The notes: generated from the sequence alone by a model not told the origin. A stretch of 45,169 nucleotides of DNA from Verrucomicrobiota bacterium (GCA_027622665.1 JAQBYT010000035.1:1-45169), one strand, 5' to 3'; positions 8,486-18,183 are shown, numbered from the stretch's first letter. Made by a program: numbers and translations.

Positions 8486-11400
8486 ATGAACTTCAATGCA
8501 GTATTAGCAGTGTTCAAACGCAACCTCGCTTCCTACTTTGGAAGCCCTAGCGGTTACGTATTTATTTGTGCATTCCTCCTCGCCAGTGGATTGGCCGCTT
8601 TTTGGCCTCAAGAATTCTTTGATTCGAACCTAGCGAATCTTGATCAGCTAAACAGGTTCTTACCCCTGATCTTTCTTGGCTTCATCCCCGCCATTACGAT
8701 GAGCGTGTGGGCAGACGAGCGTCGCCAAGGAACGGATGAACTCCTCCTGACGTTGCCGGGTAGCGATCTCGACGTAGTCATCGGGAAATACCTTGGGGCT
8801 GTAGCTATTTTTACTGTCTCCCTATTTTTCTCCTTTCTCGCCAACATTTACGTCCTCAGTGACTTGGGATCTCCCGACATCGGTCTCCTTTTCTCGACCT
8901 ATGTAGGATACTGGTTCGTTGGCTTGTCCATGCTGGGCGTCGGCATGGTGGCATCCTTTCTTACCCAAAATCTTACCGTAGCCTTCATCTTGGGCGTCGC
9001 ATTCAATGCTCCGATCGCCCTTTTGGGAGACTGGCAATGGGGAATATCCGAAAACTTTCACGATTTCAGTCGTGGCATAATTAGCATTTCGGGCATAACC
9101 TTCTTTCTCGGTCTTGCATGCGCCATGCTTTATCTTTGCTCCGTCCTCATAGGTCGTCGGCACTGGGCCGGCGGTCCCACGGGTACTACTAGAGCCATTC
9201 ACCATAGCGTCCGCACTTTGGCCACGATAATCGTTGCCTTGTCAGTTACGATGTTCTTCCGGAACAACGACTTCATTCGCTTGGATGCAACCGATGAAAA
9301 ACTGAGTACCCTTTCCAACGGTAGTCTCGCCTTGATCGACTCCATTGAAAAAGAAGACGGCACAATCGAAATCGAGGCTTTTGTAAGCCCGGCGGACGCC
9401 ATGCCTGAATCCTACGTCCAGACTCGAATAAATTTGCTCAGCGCCTTGCGTGAATTGGAACGGGACAGCAAAAACATTACCGTGGACATACACATCATTG
9501 ATGCGGAAGACAACGCTTCGCTTACTGCCGAGAAATACGGGGTAATCAACTTGAACGGCAACAACCCTCCCCTGTCCGTTCAGCAAAAAGGTCGCTGGAT
9601 GACTTGGGACAAGGATTTGTATCTTGGCCTAGTCGTGAAAGGAAATTCCAGCCAACAAACGATTCCATTCTTTTACAAAGGTTTACCCGTTGAATATGAA
9701 ATTATGAGAACCATTATGGCGGTAAGTGGTTCCTCGGTGAAAAAACGCATTGGAATCTTCAAAACCGATGCTCCGATGATGGGTTCGGCCGGGATGGGCA
9801 TGATGGGCATTCCCATGGGAGGAGGTTCCCCGGCGTGGGAATTCGTCACTGAACTCAAAAAGCAGTACGACGTACAGGAAGTCACCGGAGGCCCAATCAA
9901 GAAAGGTGACTACGACGCCCTCGTAGTGGTGCAACCCTCCACGCTTGAGGAAGAAAAGCTCGGCGATCTGATAGCCGCAATCAAGGCGGGCGTACCCACG
10001 GCAGTCTTCGAGGACCCGCTCCCCTTGATTCATGGCGGTTTCCCCGGCACCTACGAACCGCGACGAAGCAACCAACAAGGCGGGGGTCCCGGACAACCTC
10101 CCCCACCGGCACCCGGCAAGGGAGACATCTCCAAGCTTTGGAACCTGCTTGGTGTTCACTTCAACGTGGCCCCAAAAGATCGCGTGGAAGGCATAAAGAG
10201 AGAATTGGAAATTCTTCGTGCGACCGCAAACCAAACTCTAGCCCCGTTGAAAGGACGATTCCCGGAAATCGACGCATTCTTCAGTAAATTGGGTGATTTG
10301 AATGCCAAGGCCGCCGAATTCGAAGCCCGAGTCAAGGCGAACTCGCCTCTGACCCAAAGTGACTGGGATAGCCTCAAATTGGAAGGTCTTCGCGAAACCG
10401 TACGAAAATTGGATTACAATCACCCCGTGCGCCAAGGAGTCGAGCAAAGGCTCATTTCGCCAGTAGAGGAACGGCTCAAAGGATTGGAAAAGCGAGTAGT
10501 TAGGGATGCATACAACCCGTTTCCAAAGATTCAGCGTTCGGACAATTTCCCCGATGAGTTCATTTACGTGGGTGGAACGGGAAATTCCTTCGGTGAAACG
10601 GAAGTGACCTCGGAGTTGCAATATCTTCTCTTGACTTGCCCGGGTTCGCTTTATGACTCCGGTGCCAAAGGATTGACATTCACCCCCATGCTCAGCACTC
10701 GAGGAAGCGATGGTTCGGGCGCCACCAGTCTCGACAACTTTTGGACCGGTGGGGTTTTCGGATCTCCCCGACGATTCAATCCGGCTCGAACCCTTTATCA
10801 GGGAAATGGGGCTTCCCAAGTAATCGGTGCTTTCATCACAGGACAAGTCCAAGATGGAAACTCCACCAATGAACTGAATCTGACTTTAGTGGCGGATGCC
10901 GACGTTCTAGCCGATCCCTTCTACAACATCCGTAGCCGTGGTCCGGAATCCGACTTTCCGCTCGATGTGGACAACGTGACCTTCGCTCTCAACATCGTGG
11001 ACAAGCTTGCCGGTGAAACAAAATTTCTCGACATTCGAAACCGTCGCCGCCTTCACCGCACCTTGGAAGAATTCGAGAAAAGCATAGAAGAAGCGAGAGA
11101 AGTGGCATCGAAAACGATCCAAGACGCCGAAAAGTCAATCAAGAGCCTCTTGGAGGAGGAGAATAAGAAATTAAATCAAGCTCTCGCAGAGGTTCAGACG
11201 CGTCAAGGCGCCATGACACAAGGCCAGTTCATGCAAGTGCTGCAAACTGAGGCGGCCAAGCTACAGAAAAACTTGGCGAGAAAGGAACGTGAACTCAGAA
11301 AAGGTGCTGACGCAGATATAAAGACTGCCGAAAGAAACCGGGATCGCGACATCAAGAACAAGCAGAACACCATCAAAACCTTGTCAGTCTTCCTTCCGCC

Positions 11401-11491
11401 GATCCCCTTGTTGTTAATCGCCATCGCCGTTTTTGTAAGAAAACGAGCAGCGGAGATTAAAGGCGCTCACTCTAATCGCGTTCGCAAGTAA
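8486..11491 (+). CDS. ABC-2 permease (GldF-like) fused to a GldG-family auxiliary domain
   Basis: YFGSPSGYVFI and PAITMSVWADERRQGTDELLLTLP permease motifs with multiple TM helices. Then RLDATDEKLSTLS, VEYEI, LVVVQP and LVADADVL GldG-type motifs, a coiled coil and a C-terminal TM. Confidence 0.88.
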   Translation: MNFNAVLAVFKRNLASYFGSPSGYVFICAFLLASGLAAFWPQEFFDSNLANLDQLNRFLPLIFLGFIPAITMSVWADERRQGTDELLLTLPGSDLDVVIGKYLGAVAIFTVSLFFSFLANIYVLSDLGSPDIGLLFSTYVGYWFVGLSMLGVGMVASFLTQNLTVAFILGVAFNAPIALLGDWQWGISENFHDFSRGIISISGITFFLGLACAMLYLCSVLIGRRHWAGGPTGTTRAIHHSVRTLATIIVALSVTMFFRNNDFIRLDATDEKLSTLSNGSLALIDSIEKEDGTIEIEAFVSPADAMPESYVQTRINLLSALRELERDSKNITVDIHIIDAEDNASLTAEKYGVINLNGNNPPLSVQQKGRWMTWDKDLYLGLVVKGNSSQQTIPFFYKGLPVEYEIMRTIMAVSGSSVKKRIGIFKTDAPMMGSAGMGMMGIPMGGGSPAWEFVTELKKQYDVQEVTGGPIKKGDYDALVVVQPSTLEEEKLGDLIAAIKAGVPTAVFEDPLPLIHGGFPGTYEPRRSNQQGGGPGQPPPPAPGKGDISKLWNLLGVHFNVAPKDRVEGIKRELEILRATANQTLAPLKGRFPEIDAFFSKLGDLNAKAAEFEARVKANSPLTQSDWDSLKLEGLRETVRKLDYNHPVRQGVEQRLISPVEERLKGLEKRVVRDAYNPFPKIQRSDNFPDEFIYVGGTGNSFGETEVTSELQYLLLTCPGSLYDSGAKGLTFTPMLSTRGSDGSGATSLDNFWTGGVFGSPRRFNPARTLYQGNGASQVIGAFITGQVQDGNSTNELNLTLVADADVLADPFYNIRSRGPESDFPLDVDNVTFALNIVDKLAGETKFLDIRNRRRLHRTLEEFEKSIEEAREVASKTIQDAEKSIKSLLEEENKKLNQALAEVQTRQGAMTQGQFMQVLQTEAAKLQKNLARKERELRKGADADIKTAERNRDRDIKNKQNTIKTLSVFLPPIPLLLIAIAVFVRKRAAEIKGAHSNRVRK

Positions 11492-11536
11492 CGCGGGTAC
11501 CCTATTTCGCACAAACCGAAAACATTTACTTCTGAC

Positions 11537-13594
11537 ATGAACGACAACACTAAAACCTTAGCTTTCCTTGGTGCAGCAGGAGCTGCAATCGCCCTTGCCT
11601 GGACATCCATGCCGCAAGGCCGCGAAGCAACGGCCTCCGGCAACAAGATGGGCCAAGCTCTTTTCGATCAATTCGACGGAACTGCGGCAACCGCGATTAA
11701 CATAACCGAAGTCGACCAAGAGCTCCAAGAAACGAAGTCCATCGAGGTCGCCCAGTCCGATAAGGGGTGGTTCATCAAGCGATCCGGGAAGGCCGACTAT
11801 CCCGCCGACGCGGACAACCAGCTACAGGGCGTCTCTACCGTACTTCTGGATATAAGCATTGTCGACGTAGCCAGCGAGGGAAGTGGAGAACACGCAAAGT
11901 TCGGCGTACTGGACCCCAACAGCGCCAATCCTCAAGACCGTGGGATCGGCAAGTACATGGCCCTCAAAAGCTCGACAGGTTCAAGTCTGGCTGAGCTTAT
12001 TATTGGTAATGAAGTACAAGAGCTTCCAGGCCTTCGCTACGTCCGCAAACCCGGAGAAGACACAGTATATATGGCGGAACTGGAAAACGTAAACAACGTC
12101 TCAACGAAATTCGTCGACTGGGTGGAAAAGGATTTTCTCGACTTAGACAAATGGGATGTCAAGCGGGTTACCTTAGACAACTACGACGTAAACATCGCCC
12201 AAGGAAAAATAAACCGCACGGGACCACCCCATGTCTTAGACTACGATAGCTCGGAATGGAAACTTTCAGGAAAACCGCTAACAGACGCTGAAGAGCTGGA
12301 CAAAGAAAAACTAGACAGCCTCAAAGACGCCCTCGACGACCTAAAGATCATCGACGTCGAAAGTAAGCCACAAATTCTCGTGGAAAACCTGAAGCGAGGG
12401 AACGAGTTCTTCAAGGGACTCAACGATCCCGGAAACAGGACAGTCGTAACTTCTCTTCAATCCAAAGGCTTTTACACGATTGCTGTTAAGGATGCTGCAG
12501 GACAACAGGTTCCGAAAATAGTATCTAACAAAGGAGAAATCCTCGTGGGTATGAAGGACGCCGTCGAATACGTCCTGCGTTTCGGGGAAACCTATCGTGG
12601 TCCCGAGGACGATGAAAACGCAACGGGAGACAGTCGCTACATCTACGCCTTCGCCCGCGTGAATGAATCATTGCTCGACCCACCCGAGTTAGAGGCGGTC
12701 CCCTCACCTCTTCCCGAAAAGCCCGCTCCCTTGGTGAAACCGGGAACCCCCTTGAACGAAACCAATGCAACCCTTCTTCCCCCTCCTTCGGAAGAAAAGA
12801 AAAACGGCGACAAGGGTGACAAAGGCAAAGACGGCGAAAAGGGTGCATCCTCCACCTCTACGCCCCCACCGGCTCCGGGTCCTCCGCCGAACATCAAACC
12901 ACCATCCACTCCTCCAACCGCACCTCCGCCACCGCCTCCCGCCCAGCAACCGTCTCCCCCGAGTTCGGAAACTAACGGCACCTCAGCAGCGAGTTCAATT
13001 GCAACCGATCCCGATGCCGAATACGCCAAGATGCGAGCCCAGCGAGAAGCTGACATAGCCCGCGTAAACGCCGAAAACGCCCGCAAGCAAAAGGAATACA
13101 CCGACAAGGTGACCAAAGCTCAAGCAAGAGTCAAAGAATTGAACGAGAAGCTTGCAGGGTGGTATTACGTCATTTCCAACGACGTGTACGAAAAGATCCG
13201 CCTCGAGCGCACCGATTTCGTGAAATCCAAAAAGAAAGAAGAGGGGGAAGAAGGAGATACCGCCACGCCAAAGGAAGTCGCCGCCTCCCATGTTCTTGTG
13301 GCCTATAAGGGAGCATCTAGGGCCGACCCATCCATTACCCGTTCAAAGGAAGAAGCCAAGACTCGCGCGGATTCTCTTCGCAAGCAAATCGTAGACGAAG
13401 CCAAAGACTTCGCCACCGTTGCGCGTGAAAACTCCGATGGCCCTAGCAAGACCAAGGGCGGCGACCTAGGCAAGTTCACCTTCGAGACCATGGCCAAAGC
13501 CTTCTCCGAAGCAGCATTCGCCCTTGATGTGGATGGAGTCTCCGAAGTGGTGGAAACGCCATTCGGATTCCATATCATCAAGAGAACCGAATAA
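11537..13594 (+). CDS. DUF4340-domain protein with Pro-rich linker and C-terminal PpiC/parvulin PPIase
   Basis: N-terminal TM; DYPAD, KFGVLDP, LIIG...YVR and WVEKD motifs typical of DUF4340. C-terminal ASHVLV...SDGPSKTKGGDLG...FSEAAFAL...VETPFGFHII. Confidence 0.85.
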   Translation: MNDNTKTLAFLGAAGAAIALAWTSMPQGREATASGNKMGQALFDQFDGTAATAINITEVDQELQETKSIEVAQSDKGWFIKRSGKADYPADADNQLQGVSTVLLDISIVDVASEGSGEHAKFGVLDPNSANPQDRGIGKYMALKSSTGSSLAELIIGNEVQELPGLRYVRKPGEDTVYMAELENVNNVSTKFVDWVEKDFLDLDKWDVKRVTLDNYDVNIAQGKINRTGPPHVLDYDSSEWKLSGKPLTDAEELDKEKLDSLKDALDDLKIIDVESKPQILVENLKRGNEFFKGLNDPGNRTVVTSLQSKGFYTIAVKDAAGQQVPKIVSNKGEILVGMKDAVEYVLRFGETYRGPEDDENATGDSRYIYAFARVNESLLDPPELEAVPSPLPEKPAPLVKPGTPLNETNATLLPPPSEEKKNGDKGDKGKDGEKGASSTSTPPPAPGPPPNIKPPSTPPTAPPPPPPAQQPSPPSSETNGTSAASSIATDPDAEYAKMRAQREADIARVNAENARKQKEYTDKVTKAQARVKELNEKLAGWYYVISNDVYEKIRLERTDFVKSKKKEEGEEGDTATPKEVAASHVLVAYKGASRADPSITRSKEEAKTRADSLRKQIVDEAKDFATVARENSDGPSKTKGGDLGKFTFETMAKAFSEAAFALDVDGVSEVVETPFGFHIIKRTE

Positions 13595-13714
13595 CGATAC
13601 GAACACCGAAAGCGGCTTGATCCAAAGAACCGCAAGCGAAGTTTAACCGAGGAAGCCCGGAAAGGAGACTTTTTAGCCTTTCCGATTTAACTCAAAGGCA
13701 TATTCTGCCGTCAT

Positions 13715-14911
13715 ATGGCTTTGCCTTTCCCGTCCAAAGAGATGAACCCGATTCTCGCTCGAATTCGGTCCGACGAGTCCACCCGTCTCCGGCTGAAATA
13801 CGACATATACTATCATACTTTTGACGGGCAGACGGGCACTCGCGTCCAACGCGAAGGTCGAGAGTTCGTCATGCTTTCCAGTAACGACTACCTCGGACTC
13901 AACCGACATCCAAAAGTCCTGGAAGCGGGACGTAAGGCCTTGGAAGAATGGGGTTCTAGCACCACCGGAGCACGGTTAGCGAACGGCGGTCGCTCCTTTC
14001 ACGTCGAACTGGAAGAAGAACTCGCGGAATTTCTGGGAAAAGAAGCCTGTCACATATACACTGCAGGATATCTGGCATGCTCTTCGGCGGTGGAAGGCTT
14101 CGCTGAACGGAACGATCTCATCTTCGCCGACAAAAACCTACATTCGTCGCTTTGGTCCGGGATTCACCTTTCGGGGGCTAGATGCGAACGGTTTTCTCAT
14201 AACAACCCCGAGCATTTCGCTCAAATTATCGCCGATGAACCGGAGGCAGTCGCCAAGATATTAGTTCTCGAAGGAGTCTACTCCATGGAAGGGCACGTTG
14301 CCAAGTTGCCCAGTTTCGTGGAACTCGCGAAAAATTACAACGCATTCGTCGTTTTGGACGAAGCCCATAGTTTCGGCATATTGGGAAATAAAGGCAGGGG
14401 AACAGCCTCTCACTTTGGAATCTCGGATAAAATCGACGTCCTCTGCGGTAGTTTTTCAAAAGCTCTCGCCAGTACTGGCGGCTTCGTAGCCTCCACTCGC
14501 GAAAACATCGACTACCTTCGTAGTCACTCCAAGCAAACCATATTTTCCGCATCCCTCTCCCCCTGCGCCACAGCTTGTGCCCGGGCCGCACTAAAGATCA
14601 TCCAAGAAGAACCCGAACATCAAGAACGACTGGAAAAAAACCTAAACCGCTACCGCTCCATCCTTAAGGAGCTGGAACTCGATACTTGGGAAAGCGAAAC
14701 TCCTGCCATCCCCATTGTTCTGGGAGATAAGGAAAAAGTATATTTTTTCTGGAAAGCCCTACTGGAGAAAGGCGTATTCACGGTCATTTCCATCGCCCCG
14801 GGAGTCCCCCCGAACAAGGATCTTGTACGCACCGCCATTTCGGCCGCCCATACCGATGAAGATCTAGACCAAATCGCCGATGCCCTCGCCTACGCAAAGT
14901 CTAAAATCTAA
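13715..14911 (+). CDS. PLP-dependent alpha-oxoamine synthase, serine palmitoyltransferase-like
   Basis: SNDYLGL, GARLANG, HSSL, EGVYSMEG, DEAHSFG, GSFSK(PLP Lys)ALAS. The family call is strong; Spt versus BioF or Kbl is an inference. Confidence 0.8.
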   Translation: MALPFPSKEMNPILARIRSDESTRLRLKYDIYYHTFDGQTGTRVQREGREFVMLSSNDYLGLNRHPKVLEAGRKALEEWGSSTTGARLANGGRSFHVELEEELAEFLGKEACHIYTAGYLACSSAVEGFAERNDLIFADKNLHSSLWSGIHLSGARCERFSHNNPEHFAQIIADEPEAVAKILVLEGVYSMEGHVAKLPSFVELAKNYNAFVVLDEAHSFGILGNKGRGTASHFGISDKIDVLCGSFSKALASTGGFVASTRENIDYLRSHSKQTIFSASLSPCATACARAALKIIQEEPEHQERLEKNLNRYRSILKELELDTWESETPAIPIVLGDKEKVYFFWKALLEKGVFTVISIAPGVPPNKDLVRTAISAAHTDEDLDQIADALAYAKSKI

Positions 14912-14916
14912 GAATC

Positions 14917-15795
14917 TCACTGTTTCAACCTCTTGAGTCGAAGGGCAAGCAAGAGAGCCTCCAACAATTTTCCCGCATGGCATGACCATGGCCGCGTAAA
15001 TCCTCGCCAGAGGTAAGTGCAAGCATGCAAAACCTGATCTCGAACGGCTTGATCGGAACGGACTTCATCTCCCCACTTTTTTAAGAGAATTTGGGCATTG
15101 TGATCATTGTGCGCCTTACGCCCTTCCGTACCTCCCTTTACGTGTAGGACCACGCTGTCGTGAACGACAAAGTGCCGCAAGCTCTGCTTGTGCATCCGAA
15201 GACAGAGATCTACGTCTTCGCAACCGTTGAGATAGATTTCATCAAAACCTCCAAGCTCAAGGAAGGTATCGCGGCGACATACGCAACAGGCCGCAGTTAC
15301 CGCACTCCATTCTCGAACCTCGCCCTTAAAGGGACGATGCAAGAAACCTTGCCCGTAATGCCTTGGGTTGCCTTGAGGGGCAAAAACGACTCCCATGTGG
15401 TCGTATCGTCCGTTGCGAACTAATCTCTGCACGTTGCCAACCATTCCGACGACACTCTTTTTCTCCTTCAGTACGGTCAACATAGGCAGGAGCCAATCAC
15501 CCTCGACAAAGACGTCGTTATTGAGAAAGCAAAGGAATTCACCTCGAGCTTCTCGAGCGGCGAGGTTGTTGTTTATGGCAAAACCTTTGCGCTCATCGTT
15601 GAACAATACTCGATGGGGTTCATTGAGACCTTCAAGATAGTCCGCAACGCCATCCCTACTGGCATCATCCACAACGACAACCTCGTAGGACAACTTGGTC
15701 GATAGGGTTCTCTCCAAAGCCTCTAGGCATCTTCGCGTATAATCCAGTTGCTCGAAAACGGATATAAGGATGCTTACTTCGGGCGCATCGCTCAT
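14917..15795 (-). CDS. Glycosyltransferase family 2
   Basis: VVVVDDASRDG, GFAINNN, FLNND, GGFDE...EDVDLCLR. ATGA overlap with the upstream GT4 stop. Confidence 0.92.
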   Translation of the reverse strand: MSDAPEVSILISVFEQLDYTRRCLEALERTLSTKLSYEVVVVDDASRDGVADYLEGLNEPHRVLFNDERKGFAINNNLAAREARGEFLCFLNNDVFVEGDWLLPMLTVLKEKKSVVGMVGNVQRLVRNGRYDHMGVVFAPQGNPRHYGQGFLHRPFKGEVREWSAVTAACCVCRRDTFLELGGFDEIYLNGCEDVDLCLRMHKQSLRHFVVHDSVVLHVKGGTEGRKAHNDHNAQILLKKWGDEVRSDQAVRDQVLHACTYLWRGFTRPWSCHAGKLLEALLLALRLKRLKQ

Positions 15796-16997
15796 CCTTT
15801 GCATGCTCCAAGTAGATTGGCAAAAAGTTCACGAGCAGTTCGCTTAACGTCGAATTGAATACGGGCGGAAGCGGAAGCGTTTTTACGCAGGCTGATCACC
15901 TTATTCGGTGATTCAAGTAAGCCTTGGATTAGCTCCACCCATTGATCGGTTTGATAAGGATCGCGAACAAAGCCCGTGACTCCCTCCTCCAACGCTTCGG
16001 CAGCTCCCCCATGGGGTGAGGCGATTACGACTACCCCGGCTGACATCGCCTCGGGAATGACGTTTGGCAGACCATCACGATCGCCATCGGAAGCAACCTT
16101 CCCCGTAAAGAGAAAAACGTCGCTTTCGGAGAAAAGGGCATGAGCCTCGTCTTCGGGAAGAGCCCCAAGAAAGGTGACCCAGCCGGCAAGTCCAAGACGA
16201 TCACGTTCACGCTCCAATTTATCTCGTAATGGCCCTCCCCCGACGATTCGGGCCTCAAACTTCACCCCCGCTGCAAGCAGAGCTTTCAATATCAACAATT
16301 GCTCAAAGTAACCCTTCTTCGGAACCAAACGCCCCACAGACAGCATTTGGATGGGTGCGGCAAACGGTCCTCGCTCGGTAACCGAAGGCCATTTGGAAAG
16401 CCCGCGACGAACAAGCTTTAGCTTTTCCGAAGGCAAACCAAGTTCGGAAAGACGCTCCTCAGTGGAAGCCGAAGAAGTTCGAACAAAAGCGGCTTCTCGT
16501 AGTTTTCGCTCGAGCAACCAGTCCCCCTGCCCGCGAAAGACATCGTAGGCATGGGCACCCATTGAGTATTCGATACCTACGAGCTTCTTCAAGGCGAGGG
16601 CTGCGGTAGCGGGCATAGTGGCCCAAACTGCATGGCAAAGCACATAGCCTTGGCGCTTCATTTCATGAGCCCTCACCAGAGCAAAGCCAAGACCGAGAAA
16701 AGTTTCGTTCCAATTCTGCACAGAGGGGCAAGGAAGGTTCCAAAGGTCGCCCAGCACCTCTCGAAACGCTTGCGGACGTGAAAGAACCCAGTAAGGCAGC
16801 CAAAAAACAAGGTTCCACAATTCACGAAAACGAAAGCGATCGATCTTACGCCCCTCGAACGCATCATCACCTCTCCATATGGAAATAGGTGTGATCTCGG
16901 CCCCAATTCCCCAAAGAGCGGTTAATTCCCGTCTAACAAAAGTTTCAGTAGGTCGGGGGAAAGTGGCGTACAGAAAAGCCACCTTGGGGGAATCCAC
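15792..16997 (-). CDS. Glycosyltransferase family 4 (WcaL-like)
   Basis: FPRPTETFVRREL, HAYD, VGRLVPKKG, GDRDGLPNVIPEAM. Start uncertain (GTG 16997 or 17051); the track start at 17174 overlaps the upstream gene. Confidence 0.88.
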   Translation of the reverse strand: MDSPKVAFLYATFPRPTETFVRRELTALWGIGAEITPISIWRGDDAFEGRKIDRFRFRELWNLVFWLPYWVLSRPQAFREVLGDLWNLPCPSVQNWNETFLGLGFALVRAHEMKRQGYVLCHAVWATMPATAALALKKLVGIEYSMGAHAYDVFRGQGDWLLERKLREAAFVRTSSASTEERLSELGLPSEKLKLVRRGLSKWPSVTERGPFAAPIQMLSVGRLVPKKGYFEQLLILKALLAAGVKFEARIVGGGPLRDKLERERDRLGLAGWVTFLGALPEDEAHALFSESDVFLFTGKVASDGDRDGLPNVIPEAMSAGVVVIASPHGGAAEALEEGVTGFVRDPYQTDQWVELIQGLLESPNKVISLRKNASASARIQFDVKRTARELFANLLGACKG

Positions 16998-17061
16998 GGA
17001 AAACTCGCCAACTGCACTTACGCCCGTCTTGCGGCTAGTGGGGCCGCCCACGTCAACGAGC

Positions 17062-18066
17062 CTAGTCAACGAGGCTTTTATCCGTGCCTCGAGAAGGGAC
17101 TGTGGGGTTGTGAGAAGCAATCGGAAGAGGCGTAAGCCCACCATGACTTCCGTTCCCGTTGGTTCCGTTACCATTACCGTTTGTAGAGGTAGGTGTAATT
17201 AGCGTGGATAACGCTTTCTCGGAATCTCCCTGAACGGTCGGATAATAATCAAAGGTCAATTTGATTTCTTCAGCCGATGCGGTTTTCTCATCACCTACCT
17301 TAATTTCGCCTTCAAACACGGCCAAGGGATGACGCATGCGCTTCGGGCGAACCACCATTTCGAGGGTATCACCGGGCTTGCAAATGCGCCGACATTTCAC
17401 GCCGTCGCATGAGGTAAAGAAAATGGAATCCGGACGAGCGGGACTGGACAAGGAGGAATGTTTGCCCTTGAGAAGGTAAAATACACCCAGTTGGCCAAGC
17501 GCCTCTATCATGATCGAGGCGGGAAATACGGGGTTGTCTTTAAAATGCCCTTCGAGAAAATACTCGTTTCCTGAAATCCGGTAGGTAGCGGATGCCGACT
17601 CTCCATCGATCGTCACCGATTCGAGAAAGAGAAAAGGCTCCCGTTGAGGCATGATAGAGGCGATCTCCTCTATACGATAGGTCTTGGCGCGCTTGGGAGG
17701 TTTTTCCCCTTTAACCTTGGCATCCAGATAAGCTTTCACGTCGCCAATGGTGCGAAGATCGCGAAGTTCCTCGTTATCGATGCTTACTTGGAGCGTCTGT
17801 TCGATCATCATAACGATTTCGAGCATAGTGAGGGAATCTACGCCCAAGTCTTCGTAAAGACGGATATCATCGGAGCCATTGGTCAAAATTTCTTTTTGAT
17901 CCGGTTCCAAATGGCGATCGATTATCCCCATTACGATGATCGGAACTTGGGCCACGTCTTTGTGGGCACGCAAAGCGAGTGCTGCCTCGTAAGTTCCCTT
18001 CGGGCAACGCTTGAGCAACTCCTGGAGAACCTCGGTCTCGGGAGATGTATGACTAGCTTGGCTCAT
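17062..18066 (-). CDS. Acyl carrier protein fused to a FabZ-like 3-hydroxyacyl-ACP dehydratase
   Basis: DLGVDSL phosphopantetheine site and RTIGD ACP end, then MPQREPFLFLE and FLEGHF...FPASIMIEALGQ hotdog dehydratase motifs in the same frame. Confidence 0.88.
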   Translation of the reverse strand: MSQASHTSPETEVLQELLKRCPKGTYEAALALRAHKDVAQVPIIVMGIIDRHLEPDQKEILTNGSDDIRLYEDLGVDSLTMLEIVMMIEQTLQVSIDNEELRDLRTIGDVKAYLDAKVKGEKPPKRAKTYRIEEIASIMPQREPFLFLESVTIDGESASATYRISGNEYFLEGHFKDNPVFPASIMIEALGQLGVFYLLKGKHSSLSSPARPDSIFFTSCDGVKCRRICKPGDTLEMVVRPKRMRHPLAVFEGEIKVGDEKTASAEEIKLTFDYYPTVQGDSEKALSTLITPTSTNGNGNGTNGNGSHGGLTPLPIASHNPTVPSRGTDKSLVD

Positions 18067-18183
18067 CTTCGAAAACTGAAAAACCTTGATCCAAAGGCAA
18101 AAACGGGTTTTTCACAAGTTAATTTTCATCGCGATTTGCAGCATAAGTAAGTATAAGCGGAACACAGAACACCACAATTTCTT

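Noticed and set aside
13627..13637. GAACCGCAAGC shared with the intergenic region near 42360
   Set aside because: Only an 11-bp match in two places with no shared flanking structure; compatible with chance.
16998..17174. N-terminal extension of GT4 overlapping ACP-FabZ
   Set aside because: GT4 homology begins near KVAFLYATFP; the longer start is probably an ORF-caller artefact.
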